64,000 bases of DNA from an uncultured Alphaproteobacteria bacterium (GTDB lineage Bacteria > Pseudomonadota > Alphaproteobacteria > SP197): positions 5,120-69,119 of the forward strand of contig CALSLK010000031.1 in the NCBI GenBank assembly GCA_943787175.1, given 5' to 3'. Below the pieces are notes generated by a model. The model saw only the letters and a list, made by a program, of their open reading frames with translations. It was not told the origin of the DNA and searched no databases. Positions 38,948-49,578 of this stretch are shown here, in pieces (position 1 is the first letter of the stretch; each line of letters begins with the position of its first letter). Position numbers and translations under genes: made by a program.

Positions 38948-41045
38948 ATGAGCGAACATCGTCTGCGTCCCCTGCTTGAACCCAAATCCATTGCGCTCGT
39001 CGGTGCCTCGGCGCGCGAGGGCTCGTTTGGTCTCTCGACCCTGCGCAACCTCAACAACCCCGGCTTTACCGGTCGTGTGCATCCGGTCAATCCGTCACAC
39101 GAGTCGATCGAGGGGACTGGCCTGCTACCCCACCCTTGGCGACATTCCTGGTGGTGTTGAACACGCCGTCCTTTCGGTCGCCAACGCTGGCATCGAAGAC
39201 GCCATGACCCAGGCTGCGCTTGCCGGCGTCAAGGCCGTCACCATGTTCGGCAGCGGTTATCTGGAAGGCGATACTGGCGAGCCCAAGCTGAAGGAGCGTC
39301 TTCAGGCGATCGCGCGCGAGGCCGGTATTCTGGTTTGCGGCGCCAACTGCATGGGCTTTGTGAACTACGAATCCTCGACCCGCGCGACCTGGATGAACGT
39401 GGCGGACGAGAGTTGGTTCGATACCGGCAACATCACGCTCATCACCCATTCGGGCACCTGTTTCCTGTCCCTGCAGTTCATTGATCCGCGTCACCGCCAT
39501 AACCTGTGCATCTCCGCCGGGCAGGAACTCACGGTCACGGCCGCCGACTACATGGATTATGCCTTGGAACTGGAGAGCACGCGGGTGATTGCGTTGTTCC
39601 TGGAGACCGTGCGAGATCCCGACAGCTTTCGTGCGGTGCTCGACAAGGCCGCCGCACGGGACATTCCCGTTGTCGCGATCAAGGTGGGGCGCACCGAAAA
39701 GAGCGCTGCTCTGGCGCAAAGCCATTCCGGCGCACTGGCAGGCGACGATGCCGCTTATGAAGCCCTGTTCGACCACTATGGCGTCCTGCGCGTCGATACC
39801 TGGGACGAACTGGCCGCAACCTCTCGCCTGTTCTCCCATCACAAGCAGCTCGCGCCCGGCGGCCTTGCCGGCATCATGGATTCCGGCGGCGCGCGCGGCA
39901 TGCTGATCGATCTGGCCGACAAGATGAACGTGCCGCTGGCCGATATCGGCCCCCAGACCGCCGAGAAGCTCTCTGGTCTGCTCGAATACGGTCTTGAACC
40001 GGTCAATCCCACGGATGTCTGGGGCACGGGCCGTGACTGGGAGAATGTCTTTGCCGGTTCCATGACCGCGCTGGCCCAGGACGACGATGCCGCCATGACA
40101 ACCCTGTTCTCGGATCTGGGATTCGACGACGGCGTCAGCTACGGCCTGCTGGCCATTGCTGAGCAGGTTGAGGAAACAACCGACAAGCCGGTCTACATCT
40201 GCCAGCACTGGAGCCGTGCGCTCAATCGCGACAACCTGATCAAGTCTGCCTCCAGCCCGGCGCTGGTGTTCGAAGGCACGCAAACGTTCCTGACCGCCGT
40301 CAAACTGGCCATGGAGCGCCGAGACCGAATCAACGATGGTCCCGGTGATGCGCCGGCGGCGCCGGAGCCTTCGGTGATCGAGGCCTGGCGGAAACGCCTG
40401 GCGGACGGTGCACCGTTTGATGAGAACGAGGGGCTCGACCTGCTCGATGCCTTCGGGTTTTCAACGCCGGCCCGGAGAATCGCAATAGATCGTGATGCCG
40501 TACGGCAGGCAGCCACAGACATCGGCTATCCCGTTGTTCTCAAGACGGCCGAACCCGGCATTCTCCATAAAAGCGATGTCGGTGGTGTTGCACTCAATCT
40601 GCACGATGAAGCCGTACTGCTGGCTGCCTACGATGCCATGGCCTCACGTCTCGGCCCACGGGTTCTGGTCGCCGCCATGGCCTCAAAAGGTGTCGAATTG
40701 GCAGCGGGTATTGTCATTGATGCCCAATTTGGCCCGCTGGTCATGGTCGCCGCCGGCGGTGTCCTGATCGAGATCATGAAGGACCGCCGCTTTCTGATGC
40801 CCCCTGCTGGCCGCGTCAGCGCGCGCCGTGCCATCGACAGCCTGGCATGCCGCCCGCTTCTGGATGGCGTGCGTGGTGCCGCACCCAGTGATGTGGAAGC
40901 GGTGGTCGATGCCGTTGCCGCGCTTGCATCGCTGGCACAACATCTTGGTGATCTGATCGGTGAACTTGATATCAACCCCCTGATCGCCGGACCACAGGGA
41001 TGTATCGCGGTTGATGCGCTTGTGGTGGCACGCGGGCAGTCATGA
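38948..41045 (+). CDS. Acetate--CoA ligase (NDP-forming acyl-CoA synthetase) family protein, frameshift near 39115
   Basis: PKSIALVGAS (first frame); GANCMG, SHSGALAGDD, GYPVVLK, HKSDVGGV, FGPLVMV, ELDINP (second frame). Confidence 0.88.
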
Positions 41046-42043
41046 CCGAACGGCCGCGTATCTCGGTTGTCATTCCAACCCGTAACCGGCCCGACTATCT
41101 CCGCACCTGTCTGGAAGGGTTTGCTGCTCAGACTGCGCCGCACGGTGCCTTTGAAGTCATCGTGGTAGATGACGGTTCCACACAGCCGCTAGACACCCTT
41201 GCTGCCAGCTTTGAAGGAACGATCGACTTGCGGATCGAACGCCGACCACCGGACGGCGTCGCGGCCGCCCGCAATGTCGGCATCACGCTCGCCAGAGGCG
41301 ATTCGCTGATCCTGTTCGACGATGATCAGTGTCCGGCTTCCGACATGGTTGCCCATTGTCTGGCGTTGCACGAGGCCTCGCCCGAGGAAGAAGATTTTCT
41401 GTTGTTGCGGTTGTTGGCAGATACCTCGGCACCGCGACTGCCAGAGAGTTTTGCCATGTTCGAAGGCGGTCTCTTCCTGCAATATCCAGCGCCGGGGGAG
41501 CGCCGGGGCCATAACGTCTTCTAGGGTGGCGCGGTAAGCTGCAAGAAATCTGTTTTTCGCTACGGGCTCTATGACCCCGCCTATGCCGTGATCGAAGATG
41601 CAGAACTTGGGCTGCGCATCAGTCAACTCCTGACGCTGACGGATCACTACGATGCGGACAGGCTGGATGCTGTCCAGACTCGAACACTGACAAGCCGCGA
41701 ATTGCTCATGCGCTGGTGCCGCATGAGCTACTTCCACCTGATCTGGCAGCGCAACTATCCCCAGCTTGTCATGACCGGAAGATTGCCGGTTTATCGCGAT
41801 GCACAAGCCTGTGTGGATCGTGCCGCGCCCATGCAGACGACACTTCCAGCCCTCGAGGCCGAGTCCCGCGCCGTTGGCCTGGTCCAAACGGGTTCGATCA
41901 CGCCCGCGCAGCAGGCCGCATTGGCCCAGTATGTCACTGGAATGCGTGGGGCTGTCGGACATGCCCAGGCCCTGGGCTGGCTTGGCGCACGCGGCGATGT
42001 GCCGCTTGAGTCTGTCATGCATGAAGCGTTCGGCCCGGCTTGA
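41042..42043 (+). pseudogene. GT2-family glycosyltransferase interrupted by an in-frame TAG (41522-41524)
   Basis: ISVVIPTRNR, EVIVVDDGS, AAARNVG, LFDDD. The frame continues after TAG as GGAVSCKKSVFRYGLYD...IEDAELGLR. Confidence 0.7.
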
Positions 42044-42078
42044 CCTTGATCGACTCTCCATCCCACAGTTGACCTGAC

Positions 42079-43191
42079 ATGACGCATTCCCCATCAGACC
42101 CGCCGGAGTTCCCAGGCGATGCCTATGACAGTGAGGCCTTCTGGCTGCGCGAACAGAACGACCTGTTTGGCACGGCGTGGGTCCATGTTGCATCCGGCTT
42201 CGAATTGCCTGATCCCGGCGATGTTCGTCCGGTCATGGCAGCCGGCCAGCCGCTGATCCTGATCCGCCAGCGCAATGGCTCGATTGCCGGGTTCCATAAT
42301 GTGTGCCGCCATCGCGGTCCGCGTCTGGTGCGCGAGGCCTGTAACGCTAAGGCCGTGCTGACCTGCCCCTATCATGGCTGGGCCTATGGTCTGGACGGTG
42401 CTTTGCGCACAACGCCCTATTGGTCTGTTGAAGACGGCTCCGCGCCGGAAGGTTTCGACAAGGCTGCGTTCGGCCTCAAACCCGTACGTTGCGAAACCTG
42501 GTGCGATCAGGTCTTCGTTTGCCTGGATGACGACGCACCGTCCTTTGCCGTGCACGCAGCACCGCTCATGGCGCACTGGGCTCAGGCGGACCTGTCCCTG
42601 CTGCGTTACGGCGCCCACGTAACCTATGAAGTTCCGGTGAACTGGAAATGGGTGATCGAGAACTATCTCGATACCTATCACCTCCCGCTGCTTCATCCCG
42701 AGCTCGGCCCTGTCGACTCTGCGCGCAGGTTCAACGTCATGAATGACGGAAACCTGATCGGGATCGACTACACCAGCGGTGCCGTCGACAAGAACAAGGG
42801 TGATACCGGTTTCCAGACGTTTCCGGGGCTTGATGGCGCGCAACTGGTACGCCAGGACATCGCTTTGCTGTTTCCCAACACGCTGTTCGAATTTGTCCCT
42901 GAACACGTGATGTTCTTCCGGGTCGAACCCCTGGGCCCCAGGCAGACGCGCGAAACCCTGGCGTTCTATTTCCTGGGCGATGACGCAACCAGCCCCGATC
43001 TGGCGGCGGGACGTCAGGCATCACTCGATGCCTGGGATCGCATCAACCGGCAGGATTTCAGGATCCTTGATGAATTGCAGGCAACGTCGGCCTCTCCGGC
43101 TGCGCGTGGTCTGGCCCCGGCTTCCCCGTTCTGGGAGGGCGCGAACATGGCCTTCCGCAAACGCCTTCTGGCAGCATTGGAGATAACATGA
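42079..43191 (+). CDS. Rieske oxygenase alpha subunit (choline monooxygenase-like), copy 6
   Basis: HNVCRHRG...CPYHGW; NWKWVIENYLDTYHLPLLH; LFPN; QDFRIL. Confidence 0.9.
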   Translation: MTHSPSDPPEFPGDAYDSEAFWLREQNDLFGTAWVHVASGFELPDPGDVRPVMAAGQPLILIRQRNGSIAGFHNVCRHRGPRLVREACNAKAVLTCPYHGWAYGLDGALRTTPYWSVEDGSAPEGFDKAAFGLKPVRCETWCDQVFVCLDDDAPSFAVHAAPLMAHWAQADLSLLRYGAHVTYEVPVNWKWVIENYLDTYHLPLLHPELGPVDSARRFNVMNDGNLIGIDYTSGAVDKNKGDTGFQTFPGLDGAQLVRQDIALLFPNTLFEFVPEHVMFFRVEPLGPRQTRETLAFYFLGDDATSPDLAAGRQASLDAWDRINRQDFRILDELQATSASPAARGLAPASPFWEGANMAFRKRLLAALEIT

Positions 43192-44113
43192 CCGCGTTCC
43201 CTTTTGGCCGCGTTGCCGTAACCGGTGGCAGCGGCCTGCTTGGCCGCTATGTCGTGCGCGAACTCATGGCCGATTGTTCGGTCACCTCCATCGACCTTAA
43301 GCCGCTGCCTGAAGACGTCGCTTTCACGCAATGTGACACCCGTGATCTCGACGCCGTGCGTGCTGCCCTCAAGGGCCATGATGCCATCGTGCATCTTGCC
43401 GCACTCGACGACGGCATCGTGCCGGAAGAAGAAGCCTTCATCGACGTCAATCTGCGCGGCACCTGGCATGTCCTGCAGGCGGCCGAGGAACTTGGGATCT
43501 CCCGGGTCGTGATAGCCTCCAGTGTTGCTGCCGTTGGTTTCGACACGGCAAGCCAGGCGATGCGGCTTCCCATTCCGGTTGATATCGAGCTGTTGCCGCA
43601 GGATTCCTATGGCGTCACCAAAAAGGTCTGTGAGGAATTTGCACGCACCTTCGTGCGCCGCGGCACGATGGACGTGATCTGCCTTCGACCTCCGCTGGTT
43701 GCCCAACCCCATATCACCTACTCCATTGCCTGCATCGCGGCAGAGCGTGACGGCGTGGAGCCACCACCACGGCAAGCGGCGCCAATTGGCAGGAACTGCG
43801 CGAAACGCTCTCGCCTATCGGCGGGTTCGTGACCCCCGATGATGCCGCGCGTGCCTTCCGTGCCGCGCTGACGGCTCGCGATATTCGTTACGGTGCATTT
43901 TTTGTGTCAGGACCTGACACCCTCGGTTCCGGCCCCACGGTTGAAAGCATTGCTAGGGGCTTTGGCATCACGCCTGAGGTTATACGCCCGGAGGTTTATG
44001 CCGGGGATCCCCGCGCCAGCGCCTATGACCTGCAGCCGGCTTTCGACGCCCTGGGTTGGCGTCCGCAAGACCGCTGGGCCGATCATGTCGCACGCGTGAT
44101 TGCGGCGGGCTGA
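43188..44113 (+). CDS. NAD-dependent epimerase/dehydrogenase, frameshift near 43770
   Basis: VTGGSGLLG, VHLAA, VN..GT, ASS, YGVTK. C-terminal GFVTPDDAARAF...LGWRP in another frame. Confidence 0.8.
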
Positions 44114-44116
44114 GCT

Positions 44117-45625
44117 ATGGCATCTCAACCTCTGGTCCTGCGTGGCGGACTGATCCTTGATGCCGCCAGCCGGTCTGCTGAACGCGGGGATATCCTGGTC
44201 GAGAATGGCGTCATCCGTGCATGCGGTCCCGCTGGCATGGCGGTGCCTGATGGCACGGCGGAACGCGACGTGTCCGGCAACATCGTCATTCCCGGCCTGG
44301 TCAACGCCCATACCCATGGCCACGGCAGTTTCGGCAAGGGCAGGGGAGATCTCTGGTCCCTCGAATTGCTGCTCAACGCTGGCCCCTGGATCAGTGCCAA
44401 ACGCGCGCATGAGGACAAGTACCTCGCCACACTGCTCAACGCCGCCGACATGATCCGGCGCGGTTGCACGGCGGTCTATGATCTCACCTGGGAACAGCCG
44501 CGCCCCAGTGTCGAGGGCATGCACCAGGTCGCGGGCGCCTATGACACCATCGGCATGCGCGCGCTCATCGCCCCGATGATGGCCGATCTTTCATTCTATG
44601 ACATCGTGCCGGGCCTTGCCGATGCGCTCCCCAACGACCTGCGCAAGACCGTGGAGCAATGGCGTCTCGACCCCTTTGGCGCTTCGATCGAAGCCTGCCG
44701 TGAAGTCCTGGCGACCTGGCCCTTTGATTCCGACCGCCTGCGTTTCGGCATCGCACCGACCATCCCCATGCATTGCACGGATGAATTCCTCATCGCCTGC
44801 CGTGATCTCTCAGCAGAATTTCAGTGCCCGATGCACACCCATATGGCCGAATCCAAACTGCAGGCCCTGGTCGGTCAGGAAACCTATGGCAAGACCCTGA
44901 CGGCCCACTTTGATGACCTCGGTCTTGTCACGGAGCGGTTTACCGCAGCACATGGCGTCTGGCTTGATCCCGATGACATGCGGCGCATGGCCGATTGCGG
45001 TGCATCGGTGGCGCACAGCCCGGCCAGCAACATGCGCCTTGGTTCGGGCCTTGCTCATGTGCGTGAGCTGCGCAATGCCGGTGTCAATGTCGGCCTGGGT
45101 TCCGACGGCTCCAATTCTTCGGACAACCAGAACATGTTCGAAGCCGCACGCCTTGCCGCCTATGTCTCGCGTGTGCTCACACACGATCTTGGTGAATGGG
45201 TTTCATCGTCAGAGGCACTTGCCATGGCGACCACCGGCGGCGCCCGCACCATGGGATTCGAAGACCTGATCGGGCAGATTGCGCCAGGCTACAAGGCCGA
45301 TATGGCGTTCCTGGATCTCCATGACCTGGCCTATGTGCCGCTCAACGACCCGTTCAATCAGCTTGTTTATGCCGACGATGGCGCGTCGGTCGCCCATGTC
45401 ATGATTGACGGGCGTTTCGTATACGAAGATCGCTGTTTCACGACGATCGACCTCAAGAAGGTCATTGCCGATGTTGAGCGGGCCATGGAACGGCTCAATC
45501 GCGAGACCGCCGATCGCAAGGAGCTTGTCGCTGCGCTCGAGCCCCATGTCGCAGACCACTGTATCTGCTTCTCGTCGCGTCCCTATCACGTTCACAGCAT
45601 TCTTGACGGTCACGATCACCTCTGA
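44117..45625 (+). CDS. Amidohydrolase (AtzA/AtzB/MtaD-like deaminase family)
   Basis: PGLVNAHTH, HTHMAES, AAHGVWL, HSPASNMRLGSG, LGSDG, GYKAD. Confidence 0.9.
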   Translation: MASQPLVLRGGLILDAASRSAERGDILVENGVIRACGPAGMAVPDGTAERDVSGNIVIPGLVNAHTHGHGSFGKGRGDLWSLELLLNAGPWISAKRAHEDKYLATLLNAADMIRRGCTAVYDLTWEQPRPSVEGMHQVAGAYDTIGMRALIAPMMADLSFYDIVPGLADALPNDLRKTVEQWRLDPFGASIEACREVLATWPFDSDRLRFGIAPTIPMHCTDEFLIACRDLSAEFQCPMHTHMAESKLQALVGQETYGKTLTAHFDDLGLVTERFTAAHGVWLDPDDMRRMADCGASVAHSPASNMRLGSGLAHVRELRNAGVNVGLGSDGSNSSDNQNMFEAARLAAYVSRVLTHDLGEWVSSSEALAMATTGGARTMGFEDLIGQIAPGYKADMAFLDLHDLAYVPLNDPFNQLVYADDGASVAHVMIDGRFVYEDRCFTTIDLKKVIADVERAMERLNRETADRKELVAALEPHVADHCICFSSRPYHVHSILDGHDHL

Positions 45626-45670
45626 CACGAGGCGCTCGGTCGTTTATGTTTCTGGCAAAGGAGAACTGCC

Positions 45671-47014
45671 ATGCGTTTTGATCTTGTCGTAATGGGTGAC
45701 CTCGTTCTGCCCGAAGGTGTGGCCAGGAATGGCTGGGTTGCCGTGCGCAACGGCGTGATCGATGCCATCGGGCAGGGTGAGGCGCCACCGGCAAGGACGG
45801 TCGAGGATTTCAGAGGATCCTTCGTCTTCCCAGGTGTTATCGATGGTCAGACCCATGCCGGTTCGATTGCCGGGTTTGCCGGCCTGGAAGATCTCTCGCG
45901 CAGCGCAATCGCAGGCGGCGTGACCACCATTGTCGATATGCCGTTTGATGAGCCCGACCCGGTCTGGAGCCGTGACCTGCTCGATGCCAAGATCGAAACT
46001 GCTGATGCCGTCGCCCATTGTGATGTTGCGCTCTATGGCATGGTGAAAAAGAAGGTGGAGGTCGACCAGATCGCTTCTCTGGCTGAAGGTGGCGTCTGTG
46101 CTTTCAAGATGTCGACCTATGAAGCCAACCCCCATCGTTTTCCGCGTATTCCCCATCATGAGATGGCCCGCGCTTTCTCCGCCATTGCTGAAACCGGTCT
46201 CACCGTCGCGGTCCATAACGAGGACCAGGAGGTCGTTGACGACGCCATTGCACGGTTCAAGGAAGCCAAGCAGATGGGCGCCAATGTGCATCACCCCAGC
46301 CGTCCGCCGCTGGCAGAACTTCTGGCCAACGCGGCAATCCTCGAGATGGGCGCACAGACTGGCGCCCGGGCGCATATCGTGCATTCGTCGCTGGCACGTG
46401 GCTTTGACATGGCGCGCCAATATCGCGATCAGGGATTCCAGGCGACTTGTGAAACCTGCATCCATTATCTGGTTTTCGATGAGTCCGATGTGCTCGAGCG
46501 TGGCGCACGCGGCAAGGTGAATCCGCCCATCCGGCCCGATCAGAAAGAAGCCATCTGGGAGAAGATTGTCGCCGGCGATGCCGCCTTTGTTTCTTCCGAT
46601 CACTGCTCCTGGCCGCTTGAGCGCAAGCCCGATGACAATATCTTCCAGGCAGCGCCTGGCGCGCCCGGTGTGGAATGCCTCCTGCCCGCCATGGTGACGG
46701 AAGTCTCCAACCGGGGTCTGTCACCCACCCTGGTGGCCGAAATGTTGTGTGAAGGCCCCGCCCGCCATTTCGGCCTCTGGCCAAAAAAGGGCGCCATCCG
46801 TGTCGGTGCTGATGCTGACCTTGCCGTTGTTGGTCGCGAGGCTTACCGCCATGACGATGCCACATTGCACTGCAATCTGGCACCCTGGAGTCCTTACGAT
46901 GGCATGGAAATGGCAGGACGCGTCATGAAGGTATGGTTGCGCGGAACCGAAGCGTTTTTCGGTGGCGATGTTCTGACCGCTCCAGGTGATGGCCAGTTCG
47001 TGCGGCCCGTGTAA
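45671..47014 (+). CDS. Cyclic amidohydrolase (allantoinase/dihydropyrimidinase family)
   Basis: PGVIDGQTH, AGGVTTIVDMP, AFK, VHNE, KVNPPIR, SSDH, KKGAIRVGADAD, WSPYDG. Confidence 0.88.
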   Translation: MRFDLVVMGDLVLPEGVARNGWVAVRNGVIDAIGQGEAPPARTVEDFRGSFVFPGVIDGQTHAGSIAGFAGLEDLSRSAIAGGVTTIVDMPFDEPDPVWSRDLLDAKIETADAVAHCDVALYGMVKKKVEVDQIASLAEGGVCAFKMSTYEANPHRFPRIPHHEMARAFSAIAETGLTVAVHNEDQEVVDDAIARFKEAKQMGANVHHPSRPPLAELLANAAILEMGAQTGARAHIVHSSLARGFDMARQYRDQGFQATCETCIHYLVFDESDVLERGARGKVNPPIRPDQKEAIWEKIVAGDAAFVSSDHCSWPLERKPDDNIFQAAPGAPGVECLLPAMVTEVSNRGLSPTLVAEMLCEGPARHFGLWPKKGAIRVGADADLAVVGREAYRHDDATLHCNLAPWSPYDGMEMAGRVMKVWLRGTEAFFGGDVLTAPGDGQFVRPV

Positions 47015-47018
47015 CGCC

Positions 47019-47681
47019 ATGGCCGACCGCATTCTTGTCATCAATCCCAATTCCAGCCGGGATGTCACGGCGCGCATGTCAAAGGCGCTTGATGGTCTGC
47101 GCTTCGACAACGGTCCCGCGATTGATTGCGTAACGCTCGACGAAGGCCCCCCGGGAATCGAGACAGACCGGCACATCGCTGATGTGGTCGCTCCCATCGT
47201 CGCAACGGTGGAGAAGGAGCAGAATCGCACCTCGGCGTTTGTCATCGCCTGTTTCAGCGATCCCGGCCTGCATGCCGCCCGTGAAGCCAGCCGCGTCCCG
47301 GTTTTCGGGATTGCCCAATGTGGATATGCCGCGGCCACAGCAATCGGCGAGCGCTTCGGTGTCATCTCGATCCTCTCGCGTTCGCTGTCGCGCCACCGCC
47401 GCCACATCGGCTCGCTCGGTCTGCTCGACAAGCTAGCGGCCGACCTGGCCATCGACATGGGTGTCACGGAACTGGGCCAGGCCGACAAGGTGCTCGACCG
47501 TATGACCGCCGTGGGCAGCCGGCTGAAAAAGGACCACGGTGCCGATGTTCTGGTCATGGGCTGCGCCGGCATGGCGCAGTATCGCCGTCTGCTGGAGCAG
47601 CGCGTCGGCATCCCCGTGATCGAACCAACCCAGGCGGCAACCGCCATGGCACTCAACACCGTCCAGGCCGCAAAAAACTAA
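47019..47681 (+). CDS. Hydantoin/Asp/Glu racemase family protein
   Basis: ILVINPNSS, IACFSDPG and MGCAGM (catalytic Cys pair), PVIEP. Confidence 0.9.
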   Translation: MADRILVINPNSSRDVTARMSKALDGLRFDNGPAIDCVTLDEGPPGIETDRHIADVVAPIVATVEKEQNRTSAFVIACFSDPGLHAAREASRVPVFGIAQCGYAAATAIGERFGVISILSRSLSRHRRHIGSLGLLDKLAADLAIDMGVTELGQADKVLDRMTAVGSRLKKDHGADVLVMGCAGMAQYRRLLEQRVGIPVIEPTQAATAMALNTVQAAKN

Positions 47682-47694
47682 CAAGGAAATCACC

Positions 47695-48627
47695 ATGGCA
47701 AAACGTGTTCTTACTGTCGCCGGCGCTCAGATGGGCCCGGTCCAGCGGGTTGATTCAAAGGCATCGGCGGTGGCGCGCATGGTCGACCTGATGCGCCAGG
47801 CCGCTGGTCGCGGCTGCGACCTGGTGGTGTTTCCCGAACTGGCGCTCACCACGTTTTTCCCGCGCTGGCTGATCGAGGATCAGGCCGAACTCGACAGCTA
47901 TTACGAGTTCTCCATGCCGGGCCCCGATACGCAGCCCCTGTTCGATACTGCGCGCGAACTGGGCATCGGATTTCATCTGGGTTATGCCGAAGTGGATGGT
48001 GAGCACCGCTACAACACTGCCATTCTGGTCGACAAAACAGGTGAGATTGTCGCCAAGTACCGCAAGATTCACCTGCCCGGTCATGCTGAGTTTGATCCCG
48101 AGCGTGAGTTCCAGCATCTCGAAAAGCGCTACTTCGAAGTCGGCAATCTGGGCTTTCCGGTGTGGGAGACTATGGGCGGCAAACTCGGCATGCTGATCTG
48201 CAACGATCGGCGCTGGCCCGAAGCCTTCCGTGTTCTGGGCCTGCAGGGCGCCGAACTGGTCGTGATCGGCTACAACACACCCACGCTGAACGGTCAGACC
48301 TTCGAGCCGCCGCATCTGCGTATCCACCACAACCTGCTCGCCATGCAGGCCGGCGCTTATCAGAACGGCACCTGGGTTGTCGGCGTGGCCAAGGCCGGCC
48401 ACGAAGATGGCGTGCACATGATGGGTTCCAGCGCGATCTGCACCCCCAATGGTGAAGTCGCTGCCCTGGCAAGCACACTGGAAGACGAGCTGATCGTGGC
48501 TGATTGCGATCTTGATGCCGGTGCCTACATCAAAGCCAACATCTTCAACTTTGAAGCTCACCGCCGGCCCGAGCATTACAACCTGATTGTTGAAACCGCC
48601 GGCACCGTGCCGCCCAGGGGTTCATGA
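47695..48627 (+). CDS. N-carbamoyl-D-amino-acid amidohydrolase (nitrilase superfamily)
   Basis: VFPELALTTFFPRW, YRKIHLPGH, HLEKRYF, ICNDRRWPE, MQAGAYQNG. Confidence 0.9.
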   Translation: MAKRVLTVAGAQMGPVQRVDSKASAVARMVDLMRQAAGRGCDLVVFPELALTTFFPRWLIEDQAELDSYYEFSMPGPDTQPLFDTARELGIGFHLGYAEVDGEHRYNTAILVDKTGEIVAKYRKIHLPGHAEFDPEREFQHLEKRYFEVGNLGFPVWETMGGKLGMLICNDRRWPEAFRVLGLQGAELVVIGYNTPTLNGQTFEPPHLRIHHNLLAMQAGAYQNGTWVVGVAKAGHEDGVHMMGSSAICTPNGEVAALASTLEDELIVADCDLDAGAYIKANIFNFEAHRRPEHYNLIVETAGTVPPRGS

Positions 48628-49490
48628 TCCGCCTGACCGGCCTCACGCTGGCCACCCTGGCGCTGGTAAGTTTGTTTGCAGGATATTGGGTTGGCGCGCG
48701 TGACCGCGATGTTTCGCCCTGGCAGCAAATACCCGACGAAACAGCAGGTTTCTTCGGCTGGGAATCTGCCTGGATCAAAGCCGGGCCCTTCGACCTGTTG
48801 AGCTATCGCAGGTTCTCGGAACCCGATGCGGAGCTGCTTACGGTCTATATTGAAGGCGATGGCTTGCCCTGGGTAACCAGGACGGAACTCTCCGACGATC
48901 CCACACCACGTGTCGACCGGGTCCTCAAGCTTGCGGTGCAGGACAAACAAGGCAATGTCGCCTACTTGGCGCGACCCTGCTTTTATCTGCCTGCCGATGA
49001 ACTGGCATCCTGTCCGTCCGACCTGTGGTCCCTGGCGCGTTACGCGGACGACGTCGTGGCTGCGCTCGACATCGCGCTCGATGAACTCAAATCGGATGCA
49101 GGCGCAGCGCAGCTTCGCCTGATTGGTGTCTCAGGTGGCGGGGTTCTAGCTGCCCTGCTGGCGGAGCGAAGGGATGACGTGGGCAGCCTCATCACTGTGA
49201 CCGCAAATCTTGACCATGCGGTCTGGACCGCACGCAACGGCGTCACCCCCATGCGCGATTCTCTCAACGCTGCCGATGTGGCCCGGGATATCCAGGACAT
49301 TCCCCAGGTCCATTTCGTCGGTGGCGATGACACCAATGTCATGCTGGCTGATGTGGAAGCCTACATCGCGCGCATGTCTGACACGGCACAAAGTCAGGTC
49401 ATCGTGGTCCCGGGACAGGCGCATGTTTGTTGCTGGGTCCAGTCTTGGCCGGCCCTTCTGGGTGAGGCTGAACGTCTGATGACGCCGTGA
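48624..49490 (+). CDS. Exported alpha/beta hydrolase
   Basis: N-terminal hydrophobic segment; VYIEGDG, YLARPC, GVSGGG nucleophile elbow, ANLDH. Confidence 0.8.
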   Translation: MIRLTGLTLATLALVSLFAGYWVGARDRDVSPWQQIPDETAGFFGWESAWIKAGPFDLLSYRRFSEPDAELLTVYIEGDGLPWVTRTELSDDPTPRVDRVLKLAVQDKQGNVAYLARPCFYLPADELASCPSDLWSLARYADDVVAALDIALDELKSDAGAAQLRLIGVSGGGVLAALLAERRDDVGSLITVTANLDHAVWTARNGVTPMRDSLNAADVARDIQDIPQVHFVGGDDTNVMLADVEAYIARMSDTAQSQVIVVPGQAHVCCWVQSWPALLGEAERLMTP

Positions 49491-49578
49491 CGCCTGGCTG
49501 ATCACACTCGCTTGATTTTGTTTGTTTTTATGACAAATCACCTATGGTTGTTTCTTCACGCCCTTGGGAGGAACGCAG

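Noticed and set aside
41522-41524. Selenocysteine or pyrrolysine recoding of the GT2 internal stop
   Set aside because: The codon is TAG, not TGA; no pyl genes are in the window; the context fits a Trp codon.
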